Source: Sphagnum compactum (Eukaryota). From it: a stretch of DNA of 64,000 nt. Below the pieces are notes generated by a model. The model was not told where the DNA came from. It saw only the letters and a program-made list of their open reading frames with translations, and did no database searches. Below, in pieces: positions 12,316-24,966 of the stretch (position 1 is its first letter; the number at the start of each line of letters is the position of its first letter). The position numbers were made by a program, and so were the translations under genes. The stretch spans positions 33,966,213 to 34,030,212 of the forward strand of contig OZ234493.1 of assembly GCA_965153455.1 (NCBI GenBank), read 5' to 3'.

Positions 12316-13452
12316 TGTGACATGGATTTAGGGCTAAGATGGTCGTTTTGTGTGTGAACTATCTACTTCAACTATGTCGAAGGTGTTTGCCACCATTGTG
12401 ACTTTCATCATTCAATAGAGGTGTTGGGCAGTTATGTGCAATGATGTTTAGTTATGATGAACAAAATATCCAGGATAAGTTCAAGCTTTATTTTGTTTGT
12501 TTGTTGAATTTTTTAGATGTTTTGGAATTGTTGATTGATTTTTTGTGGCTTTATTGATTTCAAACGTTGTGAAATGTTGTTTGCAATTGATGCTTTCGGA
12601 ACCTATTGTGGAACACACTTGACTTTTTAAAAGGTTTTGATGCAGTTAAGTTCTTTATTTGGATTTAGAAGTTGGTTATGTAGAATGTGCAAAAAATTTC
12701 CTATGCTTTATTGAAGAGAAATGATGTTGACAAATTGTTTTTCAATTTTCTATTGATTATTTTGTTTCACGTGGAATTTAGAACTATTTGCTAGGAGGTA
12801 TGTTAAGGAATTACAATTTAGAGGCATATGGAAATGATGAAGGGCCATAAGGATTTTGAGAGCTTGTCTATGTGATTTTGTGTGTTTAAGTTTTTTATGC
12901 CTAATCATGAATGTGTGTTGAGTGATTATGTGGTATGAGGGGGCGAGACTTGTGAAGATGGGAATTCCAAGAAAAACCAAGCTCATTGTTTCTACAAATG
13001 CATTTTTTTTTTTCATCGTTGTTGCAGTCATGTTTAGTCGAGTATAATCTCTTGTAAAAGCTTCTATTGCACTATGAGCAAATGTGAGTAATCGATAGTG
13101 TTGTCAAAGTGTTAATCTATCTTTTTGGTGTGCGGGTTTTATGTTGTAATTGTTCAATACCTTATTTTGTTAGTAGAATTGGGAAATGTGGTAAGATTGT
13201 ATAATATTTCATGGGATTGAAGTCTTGTTGATGGAATCACAAAATAAAACAATGATAGTTCATGATAATGAACTTAGAACTATATGATCCTTAATCGTCC
13301 TTTAGAAATCTAATTTTTAGGAAGTTATTAAAGTATAGATGATGATATTATTGATCAGTAGACCAAGTTATTAATTATTTTATATTGTATTCTCATCACT
13401 TATTAATATAATGAAGATGTGCTATCTTTTGCTCTTTGTTTTTTTGGTTACA
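12316..13452 (+). mobile_element. Probable 3' LTR of the Gypsy element (~1.1 kb)
   Basis: Starts TGTGACATGG shortly after a purine-rich tract downstream of the integrase remnant and ends ...TTGGTTACA. Homologous over its length to 52107-53229. Confidence 0.7.
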
Positions 13453-16149
13453 TTGTTCCTTCAAAGGGCCTTCAAGAAGACTTCCAAGGCTGAAAAAAAC
13501 TTGAGTAGAAAGGATCCAAGCTTGGCAATTAGAACTTGGGTAGAGACATGGGTAATATTATAGACTAGCCACAACATATCCATTGATTTCTTTTTTGAAA
13601 CACCATTTGAATTGTAATCACAAAAATGCCAACACTTGACTGTAAGATTCTCCTAGAAAAGTTTCATAAATCAATCCTAAAAAACCGCATTGATAAGATG
13701 CATGGATTCACTCCACCAACAAGATATATTACACATGTTCATAAAATTTTAGTTTGAGTGTAAAAAATGTCTTAAGTTATAGCCAAACCAAAAAAACAAA
13801 CATGACAAAAGTGAATGTCAATCAACCTTGCAAGTGTGACTCACATTGAATATGATTTGCCGAAAATCATAAAATTGTCCACAAACCACCATACAAATAA
13901 GGTAGGTTAGATAGACCGGTGAGCAAACATTTAAGAACTCAAAGGAGGTCGAACCTTCACACATTGTTATTTTGTTTTTGAAGTTCAAAGAACATTTGTA
14001 GCCTTCCACCTAACGTCTCCAACACCACAAAAATTGTTCAATTCAATAAAAAAATGGGGAAGAAATGGGGTGTTTGGTGTAATGAGGTTCAATGTCAGTT
14101 ATGGGTGAATCAAAACAAATTAAAATTTCAAGCCTAAAATCTTTGATCGTTGCATCTTTGCCTTTGAAATGCAAAGAAGTTTTGTAAAGCCTTAGTTGGC
14201 ACACCCATCAGGTATAAATTACTCAATATGGATTAAAAATGAGGAGGATATGTGGGTGAAAATAGAGAGGGGTTTGGAGCTATTTTTTCAAAAAAATTGA
14301 AGCAAACTATCACTCATTTTCTTCTTGTGTTTTTTGCATTGGTCCTTTACATTTAAGTTCAAAGAACATTTGTGGCCCTCCAATTTGCACGTCCAATGAC
14401 ACAAAAATCATTCAATTTGGTTGAGGAATGAAGAAAATATTGAAAATTGTTAGGTGATAGGTATGTGTTCGATGATGAGCAGTTCTACTCTAAAATATCA
14501 AATGCTAGATATATTGCAAATGTTCTTTTGCAACTAACATCTCTATTTGATCTGTTTGTCTAGGCCTCTCATATCCATCCAAATTGTGCATTTGACAAAT
14601 GTCCACATTATCACACACCTTTTTACATTCAATTGTAGACATCAATATTCCTTATGATGAGACTATTATTGTTCTAACCATTGTGTACAACAAACTTTTT
14701 CACCCAATGTTATTTTCATCTAGAATTTTGTTAATTGTTGACTTCATCTTCAAACAAAGCACAATGTTCCTCTTCAACCTATGTTCTATGTCCTTTTCTG
14801 TTTTGATGTTGATCACCTTGTTTTTTTCTCATTCAATCTCATGTTGTTTGAATGTTGAACAAAGTTTCCAAAAATGTTGCTTGCAACATGGTATGTACTT
14901 GTAGGAGGATCTCCCTCTTCGGAAACTAACTTAATTGGAATTTTTTATGGTTCTTCCTACTCTCGTAAAAAATGCAGGTAGGTTACCACAAATTTGAACA
15001 CAGAAAGGATTTGAATGCCATGTTTGGAATATGCATCATGCATGGGTATGGTGAAGATCTTGTGCCCATTTCAAACGTATCTGTCAAAATTTTCTAAAGC
15101 TTTAAAGGGTCATTTTCTCCTTCTTCTATTGGCTTTTGCCTTTGGGGCCTTGTGGATGAAGTCCCTTCCTATGTTGGATTCATTCCAATTGAAATTACTA
15201 CAACATTGAAACACTATGCATAGATGATATATCTTCTTGGGTAGGTTGGCTTTTGCCACAAGGCAAATAATTTAATCAAAACAATGGCTTGTGAAAATAT
15301 TTGTGTATGTGTGCATGGCCTTACTTGGTGTTAGTAAAGTTCATGGAAATATGGAGATGGGAAAATGCACTGTGAAATTATGGAATTTGATGCTTGAAAT
15401 TTTGTAGGTTATGTGTTTATCATCAAACATCTACCTTGTCATAGCCCAGTGGGGTTTTAATTGTTTTCTCAATGATCTGTGGATCATGTTGTCATGGTCC
15501 AAGTAAACTATGTCTTCTGAAATTATCAGATCACTTTACTTGCCCCTCCATTTCACATGAGTAGAGTTGAGAACAAACATTCAAGAGAGATGGTTGATTA
15601 TAATAGTTTAGAATGGACCAAATAGCATCAATTGTCAGTCTAAATGTTGTCAATCTATCAATTATTATACTGACTTCTTGAAGAATTGATGTAGAACATG
15701 GAGGCTCAATGTGTGCAAATCTATTTTCTTCACGATTACCATTTACTCAAAATAATCCATTACAAGTGTACATATATGTACACAATAGTCATTGACAAGT
15801 GACTTTTACATTCAATTGTAGCCCTTAACAAAAAATAAATAGGGTAGACTAGCCGATGACCGAACACTTACGGGTTCAAACTCTAGGGGTTCAGTAACTG
15901 ACCTTTTCTTTCTCATGGTCTTCAAAAAGATTAATTGCCCCTTGAAGTAGAGGATTAGTAGCCTTGACATAAGTTGATTTTGACTTAGAATGAAAAAGTT
16001 ATGACCCCCCAAAGTTAGGGGGGTGTTGTTGTTTGAAAAAACTTGGATAGAACGTGGAAGGCCTTTATTTTCATGCATCTAGGCCTTATGAACAAACATT
16101 GCAAGTATTTTTCAAGCAATTCCTACACCTACTCCTATGACATCAACAA

Positions 16150-16490
16150 GCCCCTTTAAACCTTCTATTTGTTTCTATGTTGAAATGCCACACAATCTTG
16201 CCACCCCAACAAATAATCAACAAGATGAGTTAGTGGTGAACTTGGAAAATTCTAACCTTGAATTATATGACCTAACTATTCCAAATTAGACCCAAGGAGT
16301 TGCAGAATTAAGTGACCTACAACCTCCACCAAGATTGCCAACAAGGAGAAGACATGGCAAAGAGCCATTAATGGACTATTCCAATTCACATGTGGTCACA
16401 TCAAACCAATACTTGGCAGTGTTGAAACAAAAGGCATTGGAGAAAGAAATTGTTGATAAAATCAAGGAGTAAAAAACAAAAGAAAAAGAG
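16150..16490 (+). mobile_element. Possible C-terminal remnant of a pogo/Tc1-mariner-like transposase
   Basis: Translation PRLPTRRRHGKEPLMDYSNSHVVTSNQYLAVLKQKALEKEIVDKIKE resembles the 'VxTS..Y...L..K' tail that follows DDE_1 domains (recalled, not searched). Confidence 0.3.
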
Positions 16491-16491
16491 A

Positions 16492-16830
16492 AGGGTGAAC
16501 TTTGAAGGTAGACATGGTATAAACAAGAAGGTTTAGTGTTTAGGTGAACTTTGAAGGCAAATAGGAAACATGAAAATTTAGAGTTTGGGTGAATTCTAAT
16601 GTCAAACAAGAGACAGACATTAAGGTTTAGAATTTGGGTGAACTTTGATGGTAGATAAGGATAGATGATAAGGTGTGAAGTTTGGGTAAACTTTGATGCC
16701 AAACAATGCAAGTTTAAGTTTAATAGGGGAAGTACACTAAGACTTAGTGGGTTGTGGCTTACATTTTGATGCCAAACAAAGGAGAAAGTTCTAGACTTAG
16801 GGTGAATTTTAATGGTTGACATGGGAGAAA
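16492..16830. repeat. Degenerate minisatellite, 6-7 units of ~45-50 bp with core TTTRGGTGAACTTTGAWG
   Basis: The core recurs near 16492, 16540, 16585, 16633, 16681 and 16799, with divergent purine-rich intervening sequence. Confidence 0.6.
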
Positions 16831-18564
16831 CAAATATGTGAGAAACAGAATGTTCAATGAAAAAAAAAATACTAAAAAGTGTGATGGCGGGTTCTAATGT
16901 GATGGCACCATCTGCATCAGAGCTCCAAGCTCTAGAGCATGGTGTCGCTTGCATCAAAGCTCATCATTCTAAAGCTTGGTTGTGTGCATTAGAATTCCAA
17001 GTTCTAGAGCTTAGTTGTTTAAATTAAAGTTCTGACCTCTAGAACTGACCATCAACCTTTGGAGCCAAGCTCTAGAGCGATGAACTAGGGAGCCACTTGA
17101 GCTGAGGTGATGATGGTGCTAGGAGTTACGAAAATCAAGGTCACAATGGTGTCGAAATGTGAGAGCATAGGAGTTGAAAGAAGTCTAGTCAGACTTGGCA
17201 ACTTCAAAGGTAAGTTCATCAAACTTTGGAAAGTCGAATTTTGAGCTCCAAGTTTTGGAGTATTGGCACTAAGAAGAACCAAGGTCTGGAGCCAGATTCT
17301 AAAATGACGATGACTTCTAACATAGATAGACACATGCACACAAAAACATACACAAAAAAATAGAGAAACACATGGATGGCATTGATTGCATACTTGAGAT
17401 ATCACAAAAAATTACACTTTTGGAAAAATATGAACGGTAATAAAAAATAGTCAAAACTTAATTAGAAATATATTTTCATGTTGTTAAGGGGGTAGGATGA
17501 TTACATGATTTGAATGAACAGGGCATTCAGGACAAGGACTACTCATGGAGCATTATAGTTTTGAATTTTGAATTCTTGTTGGTTTTGAATCATGATGATG
17601 TGACTTGGGATTACCCAAAAAGGGAAGATTTGGGGAAGAGGAGGATTATTCTTGGACACACAATTTTGAGGAAGTAAGGAGAGCTGTAGGTACTTTGTAA
17701 TAGGAAATCACATATTCTGTTTTTGATAGAACACAAATTTAATTTGTTGTTTTGCTTTTATTTTCAACAAAACATAATTTTTTTTTGTTATTTTAATTTA
17801 ATTTCAATAATACAGAGACACTCACTTCTTCTGTAGTGATTTTTATGTTCATATTGTTGTGTGAGTTTTTTTGTAATATCAAAATATGATGAAATGAATT
17901 GTAATTTTGTTTCTAGATTTTTCTAAATTGTATTTTAAATTGCAGATCCTGGTTATATCAAATAACCACGAAGCTGGTGTTTTAATGAACTATAAAATCA
18001 GGTGTGTTTAGAAGTAGGGCAAAAATTGTGAATGTGTGCATGTTGTAGTGCAAATTTGTTGTTATCCCTGACAAAAATCCCCCAACCTTTAAAGATTTTG
18101 GGGGCAGTAATATAAGATTTTTTAGAGATTCTAGCAGGAAGTCAACTTGTTTGTCTTCTATGCTCCAACCTGCACTTGGTGCAGATGACATACTTGAGTG
18201 CACAATGACATAACACTGTTGCCAGGGTCAGACCAACCAACATGCTTCTCCTTCCCCCAAAATGGGTAATGATGTAGATCTGCAGTTTTGCAAAAATGAT
18301 CACCAGGGGAAAAAATGGTTTTACATATGATCTGAAGTGTCCCGCAGCAAATTGCAATGGGGTGTCGAAAGGCTGCATGGTTCAGTGAGAAAAGAAAGCT
18401 GTTGGCCTGTGGACTAGCAAACAAAAATGCAGAACCCTTATTCTACCAATATCTTGAACCTTTTTACATGATTTTTTCCCCATGATTGAAGTGTGAGATG
18501 TATAAGGAATGTAGTTTCTAGTATATCTGATCCGCAATTTGAAGTAGCTTACCATGCTTTGTAA

Positions 18565-20849
18565 TTAGGCTGTTGCCTCTGTTTCTTGCTGGAGCTGTAG
18601 ATCAAAATGGTAAACACCTGTAACATCACAATTGAACATTTCTCAGACATACTTTTGAGAAGTCTGGATACTAATGAGGTCTGCAAATATTCTTACGTGG
18701 TTTTGCACAGGGCCCACCAATGCCACTACAAAGAGGGAAAGCTCTAGCAAGAAGCGACTTACATAGTCATCCTATGCACTTACCATGACCTTTCCCAACT
18801 CGCCGCAGTTGAGAAACATACACAGATATTTTCTTTATCGCTTCTACCTGCATGAAAGGGATGTGTCCAACATCAATGATTTAAGCTTTTGAGAACAATG
18901 AACCATCCACAAATGCTAGTATAGTCTTCAATGGTTACACAGTTATTGACAAGCTATACCTGCTCTGCAAGGAATTCACTTTCAATGAAGTCACACATTT
19001 GGGGATCATTGTTGTCCACTGCAACCTGCTTGCAATTCACAACCCTATCAGTCATGTTATGGAAAACAATATGCAGCAGATAACAGTCAACAACACCACC
19101 TTTCTGCACAAACTGCCTATCAAATTGATGAGCTTTTTAAACTGCAAATGATCACACTCTACTTCACTTAGAAAACCTTCACTTTTAGGGTCTGTGTGCA
19201 TAGTTTCAACTACCTGGTGAAGTGACAGAAGCTTCTCATTGGTGAGTTTCTCCAATGCAAGAGCCAGCTCCATGGCTGAATTGAAAGAGAATTCAGTACA
19301 TGGTTAACTGATCCTAACAGGAAACAGAGCAGAAAACAGAATAGAAATGGAGGAGCTTTTTGGGTTGGCATAGAGGCAGCACAGAGTAAGAAGCATTCAA
19401 AATTTAGCACTTGCGTAATCTGCAGTTGTTCCCCCTGCAAGCTGCAGGATGTACAGGAAAGCAGTTAACATACAGTAAAGAGCATCTCCTTTCTCAGGGT
19501 GATCAAACTCCATGACTGGCATCAAAATGGATTGCAATTTCACCCTGCCCCCACGTTTGTTCTGTTTATTGCAAGACAAGTTCCAAGTGTGTCAGCAGCA
19601 TATATCAAGTTGAGAATTCATATGGACAGGAACAAACAGAGGAAATGGCAGCAGCTCCAAAGCAATCCAAGTATAAAGCCTGCCTAAAAGGAAGGAGGAT
19701 ACTGCAGCAGTATCAATTGTACCTGGTACTTCATAAGCTTCTCAGCATGCTCTCGCTCTTCCTCACTTGACGCCTTGAAGTACCTGAACCAGAGGAACAT
19801 ATCCCATACAGTTCCTGTAAACTGGACATTGAGAAAGAAGGAGCAACTAACCTTATATCTGCAGGGGATTTTCACTTACTTTGCAAAACCTGGAAGTCCA
19901 ACATTGTCACGGTCGAAGTAGGAGAACAGTGCATGGTATGCATACGACACATTATACTCCACACTGCAAGAACATCAATCGGCCTGAGGTTAGATAAGAA
20001 TGGCTGTATGTGGCATGTCTGCCAAGAGTGATAGACACTTTCAGAAGGTTGTAAGAGCATCTCCGCTGCCACTGAGTATGTGACCATGCACTGCAAATCT
20101 TGGATGAGGTACAGCAGTCAAATCCAGTGTATTCACTGGAAGACTGCTATGACCCTGAAAAAATGCACAGATTTTTCAGAGCCCTGGAGGAGCCCTAGAA
20201 CAGTCTGATAACCAGAGTCAAATCATATTTATTGATTGCTCCCTGTTTCTGATTGGCTAGATAGTCTGATTGGTCCAGTTGGGTCGCTATTAGTAGTCTC
20301 TCTGTTTGCTATTTGCAGTCCCAGTTTCAGTTTTATTGGTGGGGTTGGAAAAAAGTAACTAAAACTTGGATGTGAGAAATATTTTTGCAGGGTCGCATAC
20401 TGAGCACCGCTGGAGATGCTCTAACAAGGGCTATGTACCTGGGAACATCTTCTTACTCAGGACTGAGAAGTGTGATGCGCGATTGCTTACTTGATCTGCT
20501 CGTTGATGGCTGCCTCGCATGACGTATCGTAGCGTTGGCGCGTTAGAGACTCTGAATACGCAGCCGGGACCAGCACTAACTGGCTTTGCACTTCTCTGAA
20601 CGGCTCGAATATAACTCCTGTGAGAATCGGACTGGGGCCTGCAGCTTCATCCGTTTTCACTGCTCGCACAGCCCCCCGCCACAAGGGCTGCTTACAAGTT
20701 GAATGTGATCCCCAAGAGCCTACGCTGACTGCTGTGGTAGACTTGAAACTGCTTTTGCTGCGAATGCCGTTGGAGAAGGAGGAGATCGGAGACCCGGACG
20801 CGGGTCTCGTAGAAGCCGCGTGCGTCATCATCATCTTCACCTGCAGCAT
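18565..20849 (-). CDS. FER: Ferritin, plastid-targeted (transit peptide, extension peptide, four-helix bundle)
   Basis: Eight GT-AG exons on the minus strand: 20849(or 20834)-20491, 19963-19880, 19783-19723, 19561-19474, 19275-19214, 19025-18960, 18847-18784, 18617-18565 (TAA). Motifs: [127 protein letters not shown]. Ferroxidase ligands are intact and the 7-intron layout is typical of plant ferritins. Confidence 0.97.
20055..20421. mobile_element. Tourist-like (PIF/Harbinger) MITE in ferritin intron 1
   Basis: TIRs GAGCATCTCC...GGAGATGCTC extend imperfectly to ~35 bp. TAA TSD at 20052-20054 and 20422-20424. Confidence 0.85.
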
Positions 20850-21419
20850 TACCAGAGCACAATCCGTCAGCGATTATCTGGATCAAGGTTTTACGACCCG
20901 GAGATTTGGAAAAACAGGCTTGCTTGCTTCACCACGCATGGAGCACAAAAATGAAAAGAAAAAAGAAACCCTGAACATCCAAAGATTTGTTCGGAAAAAG
21001 AAAAAGAAAAGTAGAGGCAAGATTCCAGAAACAGCAGGGGCTAAAAATGCTTCACATACGAAGGCCAAAAATACAGGCCTGCAGGAAGGAAATGGTTCTA
21101 TCCGGCTGAGAATCAATTCAGAAGCTTCAGAAGGGAAAAATAATCATAGATCTGATGCAAAATTCGAACCAACTAAATCAAATGACGAGGGCTCTGCAAA
21201 AACTGCTTTGCTTTCGGACTCAGGACATATTCATTACTAAAAAAAAAGAGAAAAAAAAAGACAGCAAACAAAAACTTGACAACATACATAACCAGAAATG
21301 TGCAACAAGAGAAAGTTGAGAAGCAAAAGAAGATTACAGTGGCAAAGTTGTTAGTCTGAGAAAAACGGATATCGTCGGCGCCAAAACTTTCGAAACCGGG
21401 GGAGAGCTGAATCTGAATC

Positions 21420-21612
21420 TCCACGTGTTGGCCAGACGCTCCAGACACAAAAAGCAGCAACAACTTCAGATGCACGAGAGAGAGAGAGAAAAAAAAAGAC
21501 AAAAACGAGGAAAGGATTGGCGGAACAGCACGCAGCAAACGCGGGGGGCGCGCACTCTGCACGAAACAAACGCACTGCAAAACACTTGTCCGCTCCATCA
21601 CAATATATACGC
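21420..21612 (-). promoter_or_regulatory. Putative ferritin core promoter and 5' leader
   Basis: TATA-like GTATATATTG on the minus strand at 21601-21610, a CpG-rich segment with a CT-rich leader ((TC)n at ~21476-21489), and a G-box CACGTG at 21422-21427. Confidence 0.5.
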
Positions 21613-24571
21613 CCGACACCTCTACGTATTACCTAAAGCATGTATATTATACATTGTATTCTACGGTGTATAATTTTCTTTAAAACATTATACAATATAT
21701 ATTTCTGAGTTCTAATCTATTTGAAGAGAAAAAAAAATCATGTTTGAAAATCATTATTGTTTTTCTTTTTCCAGTTTTTTAATTTAGCCTTAATTGGCTA
21801 CACGTTTGTAACTGTAGGAAAACTGCCCCCTCAAAACTAAAAACTGAGTCCAAAATTCCAATCAGGGTTTTTTTTTTCTCAATTTGACATTATCAAAAAA
21901 GTGCCAATTTTTTTCCAAATTATTGTCCAAAATAAAACACTGGTCCAAATAAAATGTGGTGATTTCTGGGAAAAATATTGTGAAATTTACTCAAACAACC
22001 AAAAAAAACAAATCTTGAAAATTTGGTGAATTCTTTAAAAATAGGGAACTTGCAACCGAATATTTCCTTTTAATTTTTGAAGTCAAATGTTTTTGGGAAA
22101 TTTTTCAACCAAAGAAATCACTAGTGTGAATGGATAAATAACAATAGTTTCTAACCAATGAATAGTTGAATCAAAACTTCCAAGTAGTGTCAAAATTGAA
22201 TAATCAAAATTCAAAAATGAAAGACATTGAAATATATATAGACCATAATAGTACCATTTCAACAAGAATTAAACTATTTTCAATAAATGTAGATTTATTT
22301 TTTTTTCAAATTGAGCTATTGAAAATGCTAGAATTTCAGGAAATTCTTATAAGTTGTTACTACTGAAGTGAAAAGATGATAAAATAAATAAATAAAGAAA
22401 TATTCGGCAAGAAAATGCTGGAATGGTAAAAGTACTACAATAGAGTTTTCCTTAAAGTCCACCTGCCTTCACACTGTCTTTGGGCCTCCTTTCACCCCCC
22501 TATCCCTCCCCTATTTGAGCAGAGCGAGGCCCGCAAAGTAAGGAAGTTCTATTAAATCTGGGTAATGAACTGCTGAAAACTCAGCATTTAATGCACAAGG
22601 TTCGAGGTAACTATAGTATGTTGTCATCATGACTATCCCTGACTTGGCTTTTGCCAAATCTGTTCATGATTCTAATGCATGTCTTTGTTTGATTGATCAT
22701 CTGTGATCATGCAAGTTCCATGTACCCTTTAAAAAAAAAGTTCACATTCTTGATGGCAGATTGTACTCAAGAGAGTTAGATATTTTTCTTCAAAAATTAT
22801 ATAGCACCTAATAATTAATCTTATATATAATTTTTGAAGAAAAATATATAAAATTTACATTATATATATTATATATAATATATATGAAAAAATATATTAT
22901 ATTATTGAAGAAAAATTATATTATGTCTGGAATCAAGTTCAACAGGTTTGTAATAGAGTCAGCAGCCAGGACTGAATAGGAAAAAATTATTGAATTATCA
23001 ATATGGGAATATCAATAGGGTCCAAATATCAAACATAATTAGGGCAATTTGAAATGATGATTTTAAATTGAAATTTTTAACAGTTTTTTTCTGATAATGT
23101 ATGAGCTTGCAAATTGCAATCCACATACCACATAGATGTATTCAGTTGATTCTAGATTTTTTGAAAAGTTTAGAATTAACAAATAACCATTTGGAGATTA
23201 GAAATTTGAAGAATTTTTTTGATTTGGGGATCACCACCCGATGCAACAAAAATTTTTATTAATGTTTTGTTCAAAAAACTTGATCCTAACCACCAAATTT
23301 GAAAAGTCTAGAATTACCATAGCTTAGGGTCAATTTCCACATTGGCAAAATGAATAATAATTGTTTTTTCCAAAAATGAATTGGTTTTCTACTTTTGAAA
23401 TTATTATTATTTCCATCATCTACTATAATCTTGTGATATGACTTGTGAAATTATTCAATGTGTTGCCTATGATAATTATGATGATTTTCAACATGTCAAC
23501 TTCATGTTTTCACAAAATTTCAATTCACTATTTTGAGGATTATTTAATGATGAAACTGACCTTAGGGTAAGGTAATGTAGAAATAATGCATTGAAAACCT
23601 AATTTCACCAAAATTGAGGATAAAATCAAAAGTGAGGATGAAATTTACTTTCAATGGAACAATTGAATAAAAAATGAGTTTTCATACCTACGCATTCAAA
23701 TGTTACTTACACATTTCATTGAATAAAAAATTATCAAAGTTAGTTCATTTAAATCTCGTGAGATGATACCCACCTTCACTAACTGGTACCCAAATGTGTT
23801 TATGTTTTAGTTACATTCCATTGATTGAGGATGAACTTCGTTTACAATGGCTCCTTGACCTTAATCAAGAATTGAACTAGCTAATATTTTAAACCTAGTT
23901 GTCGCTTGCAGAAAAGATATTTGGTAAATCGTCTTTTGGGATGATGGAAAATGAATGCGCAAATGACACACAGAATGCAACACTCACACCTAATGTTTTA
24001 AGTCATTGGTAATTTAATGTTGGTTTTTCTCATTTTGTAACACATTCACATATATGAATGGTGAGAAGAAAATGGATTTATGAAGAACAAATTCACTTTA
24101 TTTGTGATTACATGCAATTATATGTCATTTGTAAAAAATGTGCAACTATATATCAACTTTGACAATTTTTGGTCATTTTATGATTATGTTGTGACTGTTC
24201 AGTTTTTCATGTGAATGGTTTTAAAATCATATTCATCGATGAATAAGCTTGTATGTTACATTAATCGCATTAACAACCAACATTTAATCACATTAAATTT
24301 GTGAACCTAGCCTCTAGAGATATATTAAGGTGTATTAAGAATATATTAGGGGTATATTTCTAAGGGTGTATATTAATGTTATATTGAAAGTTATATTTGT
24401 GAAATATTTGAAATATATTATGGATATAAAGGTATTTCTAGGGCTTAGTATTAAACTTCTAATAAGGGTGTATTTGGGTATGCAAATAGGTAGATAGGTA
24501 GGTAGCAACCTTCTTTTTATTGAAAAAAATTTCGTATAAAAATGAATTCAAAATTTGGAAATCAAATGATT

Positions 24572-24685
24572 CATTATGAGAAAATCATGTTTGTTGCAAC
24601 TTATGTATCTAGTTGTAATCTAGATACATTGAACATTTTTTAGTTGCATTGAACAAGTTGCAAAAGACACAAATTTCTCATAGTG
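24572..24685. mobile_element. 114-bp CACTA-type MITE with 3-bp TSD ATT
   Basis: Left end CATTATGAGAAA (CACTA with C>T), right end TTTCTCATAGTG. ATT at 24569-24571 and 24686-24688. Internal TTGCAAC/GTTGCA subterminal motifs. Confidence 0.75.
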
Positions 24686-24966
24686 ATTTTGGAATTTTTC
24701 AATCATTAAAAGTGAAAATAGAAAAGTAATGAGAATACCATATTTCTATATTTGGTTTTTAATTTGTATCCAAAATATAAAAAGATGATAATAGATTGGT
24801 ATTTCATATTTGGTTTATAACTAAATTTTGCTAAATCTTACGAAAGATGATGGCCATTTTTTCTACATCTTCCTATGGATGATAGCCACTTTGGTCCAAA
24901 AAAAAATTCTTAAAAACACACTAGTAGATATATAAATGAATAACAAAATAAGTAAGTAACTATTTA

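Noticed and set aside
16492..16830. CRISPR-like repeat/spacer appearance
   Set aside because: Repeats are degenerate, spacers resemble one another, there are no cas genes and the context is eukaryotic nuclear DNA.
20620..21240. 206-aa plus-strand ORF antisense to ferritin
   Set aside because: Non-ATG start. It is the Lys-rich shadow of the U-rich leader intron and ferritin exon 1, with no recognisable domain.
21380..21700. IDRS (iron-dependent regulatory sequence) in the ferritin promoter
   Set aside because: No convincing match to the CACGAGGCCGCCAC-type element on either strand.
22450..22720. GC-richer patch considered as a snoRNA, rRNA or organellar fragment
   Set aside because: No complete C/D or H/ACA box arrangement or recognisable rRNA sequence. 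An Rfam or BLAST search would be needed.
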